Below, piece by piece: positions 59,384 through 64,000 of a DNA stretch of 64,000 nucleotides. The stretch is taken from positions 1 to 64,000 of the forward strand of contig CDRNVI010000052.1 of assembly GCA_977017575.1 (NCBI GenBank), written 5' to 3'. A program made the position numbers and the translations under genes. Within the stretch, counting starts at the first letter, position 1; every line of letters starts with the position of its first letter. Below the pieces are notes generated by a model. It saw only the letters and a list, made by a program, of their open reading frames with translations. It searched no databases and was not told where the DNA came from. The DNA is from Paramoeba atlantica (taxonomy: Eukaryota > Protista > Discosea).

Positions 59384-61645
59384 ATGAATGTATCGTTGAG
59401 TTATTGTGTTCGTGAATTAGAACGCAGAGCTCACACATGGGGATCCGCTTGGATATTGCTCTGTGTTCAAGATCTTCGCCGAATTCAATTTCAGCCTTGT
59501 GTACAAGGCACGAATGCTCTACTAAAAGCACAAAACGTAGTTTACAATCATTTACACTCAACCTCAGAGCGTTCAACACGTGACTCAGATACGCCAGAAA
59601 GAGATATTAGTTGCTGCGAAATAATCTCTAGTCTTCGGGAAATGAGTGAGCTTTCTCTCCTTGATTTCGAACTGACAAAAACTGCATGCGGTGTTTTACG
59701 CCCGATGCTCTGCAAACGAATGGAAATGAAATTACTAAGTGTCAATGATCTTGTTTTTTCGGCAGAAGTATCTCTTTCATGCGAAGCCTTCTATGCCAAT
59801 TCTCTTGCTCGGCGCATTATAGAGTATCTTGTTGAACATCGAGGACACCAACTTACTTTGTCTCATTTCGCGTCTATTTTAAGCGTATACAGGAAAACGA
59901 ATCTAGAACGCGAAGAATCTCCTTCAAATGTTGGAACACTTCCAAATCGTTTCGTCCATTTGCTAAGTAGGTCTCTGAAGACAGAAAAGGCAGTTTGCGC
60001 ACTGGATTACTGCAAACTTCTTATTAACGCAACTGCCTTTCCTGAATTGTCCGAAAATTTAAGCGAAGGTCCCGCTATGCAGCTTTTGTGTCGTTATTGT
60101 GTTGACGGAATAAATGAAATGAGCAATATAGACATATGGGTCGAGTTTTTATTAACCGCAGTACCACGTTTTCCTTATTTATACGTCAGCTCTGAAATTG
60201 GAAATGCCATGATACGAAATTTTCCTAACCTAAAAATTTCTGAGCTTTCACTCGCCCAAGCAACAAATATCTTAGAAGGTATTCTGCGTTTAGAATGGGA
60301 CGAAAAGACACCCGCAAATAGTCGATCAATGCAAATCTTGAAAGCTTTTGTTCAAGATGTTCGTGACGCAAGTGAAAATGGGATTGTCATGAATTCGAAA
60401 AGTGGAAAGAAGGAAGACAAACGAAAAACATCTCGTCGTGACAAGACTACTCTTTCCGAATCTCGTTTTACTGCTATCACTTTAGCTTTTGGGGTTCGAG
60501 TGTTTGCCGCCCCGGATGAAGTTCTCTGCAATGAGTTGTTTGATTTTTTAATCAACCGTAATATTGAGGAACTAAGTGCCTTCGAATTCATTACCTTATT
60601 TAGGGAAGCTCGACGCTTTCCTCTTTTTTCTCAAACCCGCATGGTGAGGTTATTTGACAATCTCTTAGGCGCTCGTTTTTATAGGTTACAGAAAGAAAAA
60701 ATGGACGTACACTCTTTGCTACTTCTTATTGAACTTGCAGGTTTGTACAAGACAGTTAATCTAGCTGTTATCAGATGTGCAGCAATCCATTTTCAGAAAC
60801 TTATCCCTACTATGAGTCCAACTATTCTTTTACGTGGAGGAACGTCACTTCTGCGGTTTCGTGTGAACGTTCCGGAGCTATGGGCCGATTTCTCAAGGCG
60901 GCTTTGGGATTTCGTTTTGCACCCAGACACCGAAGGGGGTGGATGGGCCTTCGATACGTTTACTTTGGCTTCCGCAAGTAGACTTGGAGTTGAATTACAT
61001 GAAATGCAGCTAGGGGTGGCGAACAGGCAAGCACTTTCCCTCTTAGAGGAAGCCTATTATTCACGTTTCTCGACACTCACTCTTGAAGGAATGCCACAAG
61101 CGTGGGACACACTTCGATATGGACAGCTTGGTACAGTAAAACGGCAACAAGCCGGTGTGCAGCTTTTGGCCACATTGCACAATCATTTAGGGATTCCTTG
61201 GAGGGAAAGCGTGAGGTCGTCTCTATCCAGAACATCGACTCACGCAGAGCTTCCAATTGCGTCTTCTTCCGAATCGCACGATAAATATAAATTTTCTTTG
61301 GATGCGGATACAGATATTCTTTTATGTTTGCGGATTATTCATGGAATTGTGGGCTGCTCTAAGCTTCTTGAGTCATCACACGTAAAGGACTCCATTTTGC
61401 ATCTTCTTAAAAACAATGTACAACCAAAGCTGAAGCTCGTTCTTGCTCCTCTTTTTGTCACACTCATGCGCGATGTACAATTTCTAGAAAAAGTGGAAGA
61501 GACCTTTCCTTATTTAGAAGACTTTCAGGACAACTCTCTTCGATTATGGGAACGCTTGTCTCCTCCAAGTAGGAAAGACGTCATTCGAGGCCTGTTGGTT
61601 CTCGGCGCTTCAAGCACTGAACTTGCCTCCAGATTCCAGAGTTGA
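59384..61645 (+). CDS. Hypothetical helical-repeat-like protein
   Basis: 753-aa ATG ORF with repeated amphipathic helices; no motif recognised with confidence. Confidence 0.65.
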   Translation: MNVSLSYCVRELERRAHTWGSAWILLCVQDLRRIQFQPCVQGTNALLKAQNVVYNHLHSTSERSTRDSDTPERDISCCEIISSLREMSELSLLDFELTKTACGVLRPMLCKRMEMKLLSVNDLVFSAEVSLSCEAFYANSLARRIIEYLVEHRGHQLTLSHFASILSVYRKTNLEREESPSNVGTLPNRFVHLLSRSLKTEKAVCALDYCKLLINATAFPELSENLSEGPAMQLLCRYCVDGINEMSNIDIWVEFLLTAVPRFPYLYVSSEIGNAMIRNFPNLKISELSLAQATNILEGILRLEWDEKTPANSRSMQILKAFVQDVRDASENGIVMNSKSGKKEDKRKTSRRDKTTLSESRFTAITLAFGVRVFAAPDEVLCNELFDFLINRNIEELSAFEFITLFREARRFPLFSQTRMVRLFDNLLGARFYRLQKEKMDVHSLLLLIELAGLYKTVNLAVIRCAAIHFQKLIPTMSPTILLRGGTSLLRFRVNVPELWADFSRRLWDFVLHPDTEGGGWAFDTFTLASASRLGVELHEMQLGVANRQALSLLEEAYYSRFSTLTLEGMPQAWDTLRYGQLGTVKRQQAGVQLLATLHNHLGIPWRESVRSSLSRTSTHAELPIASSSESHDKYKFSLDADTDILLCLRIIHGIVGCSKLLESSHVKDSILHLLKNNVQPKLKLVLAPLFVTLMRDVQFLEKVEETFPYLEDFQDNSLRLWERLSPPSRKDVIRGLLVLGASSTELASRFQS

Positions 61646-61872
61646 AGGATTGTGTTCCATTCTCTTCGTTTTCATGATTCATTTGTTGTCTTGTCGCTTT
61701 CATCATCACATTTTCTATACTTCAGTTGCCTAGACTACCAATTCTGAAACAATTGTTTTGTACTCTTATTTGTTTTGGGTGAGATATCGATTGCCATATC
61801 ACAAACTGAACATGTATTCTTTACATTCTTTATATCCAGAGAAATTGTTGCACTACTTTTTCATATAAAAAA

Positions 61873-62277
61873 ATGGTAAAGCCTACCGTACGACAGACCG
61901 TGGTAAAGAAGCGCAATAAGAAATTCTTCCGCGCACACGCCGATCGCTTCAACCGTCTTGCCAAGACCGGCTGGCGCCGCCCTCGAGGTATTGACTCCAA
62001 CGTCCGTCGTCACTTCAAAGGGGTCCCGCTGACCCCTCGGATTGGGTACGGCAGTGCGAAGGCCACCCGACACGTGTGCCCGGATGGATTTCGCCGGTTT
62101 GTGATTCGCAACGTAGGGGAGCTGAACATGTTGACGATGCAGAATCGAAAATACTCGTGTGAGGTAGCGGCATGCATTGGGGCAAAGAAGCGCAAACAGA
62201 TTGTGCAGCGCGCGAAAGAGTTGGATATTAAAGTAACCCGACCGAAGGCTCGTCTGAGAGAGGAGGAGAAGAACTAA
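61873..62277 (+). CDS. RPL32: 60S ribosomal protein eL32
   Basis: VVKKRNKKFFRAHADRFNRL...WRRPRGIDSNVRRHFKG..LTPRIGYGS. Confidence 0.97.
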   Translation: MVKPTVRQTVVKKRNKKFFRAHADRFNRLAKTGWRRPRGIDSNVRRHFKGVPLTPRIGYGSAKATRHVCPDGFRRFVIRNVGELNMLTMQNRKYSCEVAACIGAKKRKQIVQRAKELDIKVTRPKARLREEEKN

Positions 62278-62535
62278 GGCAAGGGAGTGTTGTAAAACGA
62301 AAGAAGCTAAGGAAAATCTCATGTATGCTACGTGATACAAGGGAAATTTAAAAAACAGATTTGAAGTCGATAAGTAACAATACATGTACGTTTTGTAAAT
62401 TATTCGTTGTTCCATTTCTTTGCGTGGTTTCCTTTCTTTAAGTAGTAAAAAAATCCCCTTTATCTCATCTTTCACACCTTATTTCCCTTCATAAAATTAT
62501 ATTTCCTTTCTCTCCCCTCCCCTCCTCCTCCTCTT

Positions 62536-63876
62536 ATGTCCACCGCTAAACTCGTCGACCTTGAAGACTTCGAGGACGACCAGCAGATCGTCCCCCCCTC
62601 CCTCCCCCTCTCCTCCGACGGCCCCTCCGTCCCTGCCCCCTCCTACGCCGTCGCGCTCGGCGGGTTCAAGGACTTTTGTTTAAAGCCCGAACTCACCCGG
62701 GCCATCGCCGAGAACGGTTTCGAGCACCCCAGTGAGGTCCAGCACAAGGCCTTGCCTCAGGCTCTCCTCGGGAATGACATTTTAGCCCAGGCGAAATCCG
62801 GGATGGGCAAAACCGCAGTGTTTGTATTTGCGCTGTTAGAACACATTGAAAAGCCCCCGGCGGATTCCGACAAGTACGTGCAAGCCCTGGTGCTGGTCCA
62901 CACCCGGGAGTTGGCGTACCAAATCGATCATGAGTTTACGCGGTTTAACCGAGCCCTGCCGCACTGTACCACCTGTGTGGTGTTTGGGGGGGTACCGGAG
63001 GAGGAGAACGCGAAGCTGTTTAAGGACAAGAAGAAGACCCCGTTGATTGTGGTCGGGACTCCGGGACGGACCCTGGCGCTCGCGACGAGGCTGAAAGTGA
63101 TGGATTTGAATCATGTGAAGTATTTTGTGTTGGATGAGTTTGATCGGTGTTTGGAGGATCTTTCGATGCGTGCGGATGTGCAGGCGATTTTTATGAAGAC
63201 TCCAAAGACGAAACAGGTGATGATGTTCTCGGCGACAATGTCGGAGGAGATGCGTAACCTCGCAAAAAAGTTTATGAACAACCCGTTGGAGATTTATGTC
63301 GATCAGCAGAGTAAACTCACGTTGCATGGTTTGCTGCAGTATTATGTGAGTTTGGAGGAGAAGGTCAAGGCACGGAAGCTTCTGGATATTCTCGATGCCG
63401 TCGACTTCCATCAGTGTATTATCTTTGTCAACAGCGTGATGCGCTGCGAGGCTCTAAGCACGCTGTTGAAAAAATGCGCTTTTCCCTGTGTCGCGGTGCA
63501 CGGCCAAATGGAGCAAAGCGAGCGATTGAAGACTTACGATCAGTGTAAGGCGCAGAGCTCTAAAATTGTCGTCGCAACGGATCTGTTCGGCCGTGGAATT
63601 GATATTAATCGGGTGAACTTGGTGATTCAATATGACATGGCGCACGATGCGGATACATATCTGCACCGCGTGGGGCGTGCCGGTCGGTTTGGGAACAAGG
63701 GTTTGACGATTTGTTTCATTACTGACACAATGCACCGCACGAAGGTGGACTCCGGGGAGTGGAAGTCTGTGGAGGATAAGGATGTGTTGAAGGATGTACA
63801 GTCCCGGTTTGAGATTCAGATGGCGGAGCTTACCGATCTCGCGACCTTGGACAAAGGGAAGTACATGTTGTCTTAG
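62536..63876 (+). CDS. SUB2: DEAD-box helicase UAP56/Sub2 (mRNA export)
   Basis: GFKDFCLKPELTRAIAENGFEHPSEVQH, AKSGMGKTAVF, LDEFD (kinetoplastid-type motif II), FSATM, LTLHGLLQYY, YLHRVGRAGRFG. Confidence 0.96.
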   Translation: MSTAKLVDLEDFEDDQQIVPPSLPLSSDGPSVPAPSYAVALGGFKDFCLKPELTRAIAENGFEHPSEVQHKALPQALLGNDILAQAKSGMGKTAVFVFALLEHIEKPPADSDKYVQALVLVHTRELAYQIDHEFTRFNRALPHCTTCVVFGGVPEEENAKLFKDKKKTPLIVVGTPGRTLALATRLKVMDLNHVKYFVLDEFDRCLEDLSMRADVQAIFMKTPKTKQVMMFSATMSEEMRNLAKKFMNNPLEIYVDQQSKLTLHGLLQYYVSLEEKVKARKLLDILDAVDFHQCIIFVNSVMRCEALSTLLKKCAFPCVAVHGQMEQSERLKTYDQCKAQSSKIVVATDLFGRGIDINRVNLVIQYDMAHDADTYLHRVGRAGRFGNKGLTICFITDTMHRTKVDSGEWKSVEDKDVLKDVQSRFEIQMAELTDLATLDKGKYMLS

Positions 63877-64000
63877 TTAAAGCAAAAAGCGGGTCTGCGG
63901 TATTTTTAAAAGTGGGTCTTTAATTTGCATATGAGTTGTAAGGTCAAATTAGGAACGATAGAAAAGCTTTAGCCATACGATTTCAAGCCACACGGTGTTC

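Noticed and set aside
1-64000. tRNA, rRNA, telomeric repeats or a strand-switch region
   Set aside because: None seen by eye. All host genes are co-oriented on +. A tRNAscan/Infernal run would be needed to exclude small RNAs such as H/ACA-like guides.

Overview
This is eukaryotic nuclear DNA from a kinetoplastid. The RPS7, nuclear-encoded ATP9, DEFD-type Sub2 and soluble GPI8 look kinetoplastid, no cis-introns are needed, and all ~29 host protein genes run head-to-tail on the + strand as one directional (polycistronic) cluster. The compact layout and the LP..L..L.L..N...G.IDL-type LRR family suggest a Perkinsela-like lineage; that is an inference, not a database result. Recognisable genes: GPI8 (5' partial), OTU1 (frameshifted), two adjacent 2-oxoglutarate dehydrogenase E1 paralogs, RPS7, ATP9, LEO1, a degenerate DEAD-box protein, eIF2-beta, a methyltransferase-like protein, an RNase III-like protein, an ABCD transporter, TFIIS, ERGIC3/ERV46, CPSF30, RPL32, SUB2, LRR genes and pseudogenes, several orphan ORFs and one double-guide C/D snoRNA. 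Three gaps (about 2.7-5.9 kb, 30.3-36.3 kb and 52.6-55.4 kb) are graveyards of TA-flanked Tc1/mariner-type elements and MITEs plus a hAT remnant. A CRE/SLACS-type retroposon fragment lies at 17.2-17.8 kb. Most notable: (1) about ten intragenic ~1 kb GC-rich islands whose skew always flips from C/A-rich to G/T-rich at a CpG-rich centre; (2) reciprocal loss of active-site motifs in the two E1 paralogs, predicting an obligate heterodimer; (3) a spliced-leader relic fused to a 5'UTR and ATG inside a TIR element; (4) nested DNA transposons in a group whose model members lack them. All coordinates and identities were read by eye; no searches were run.
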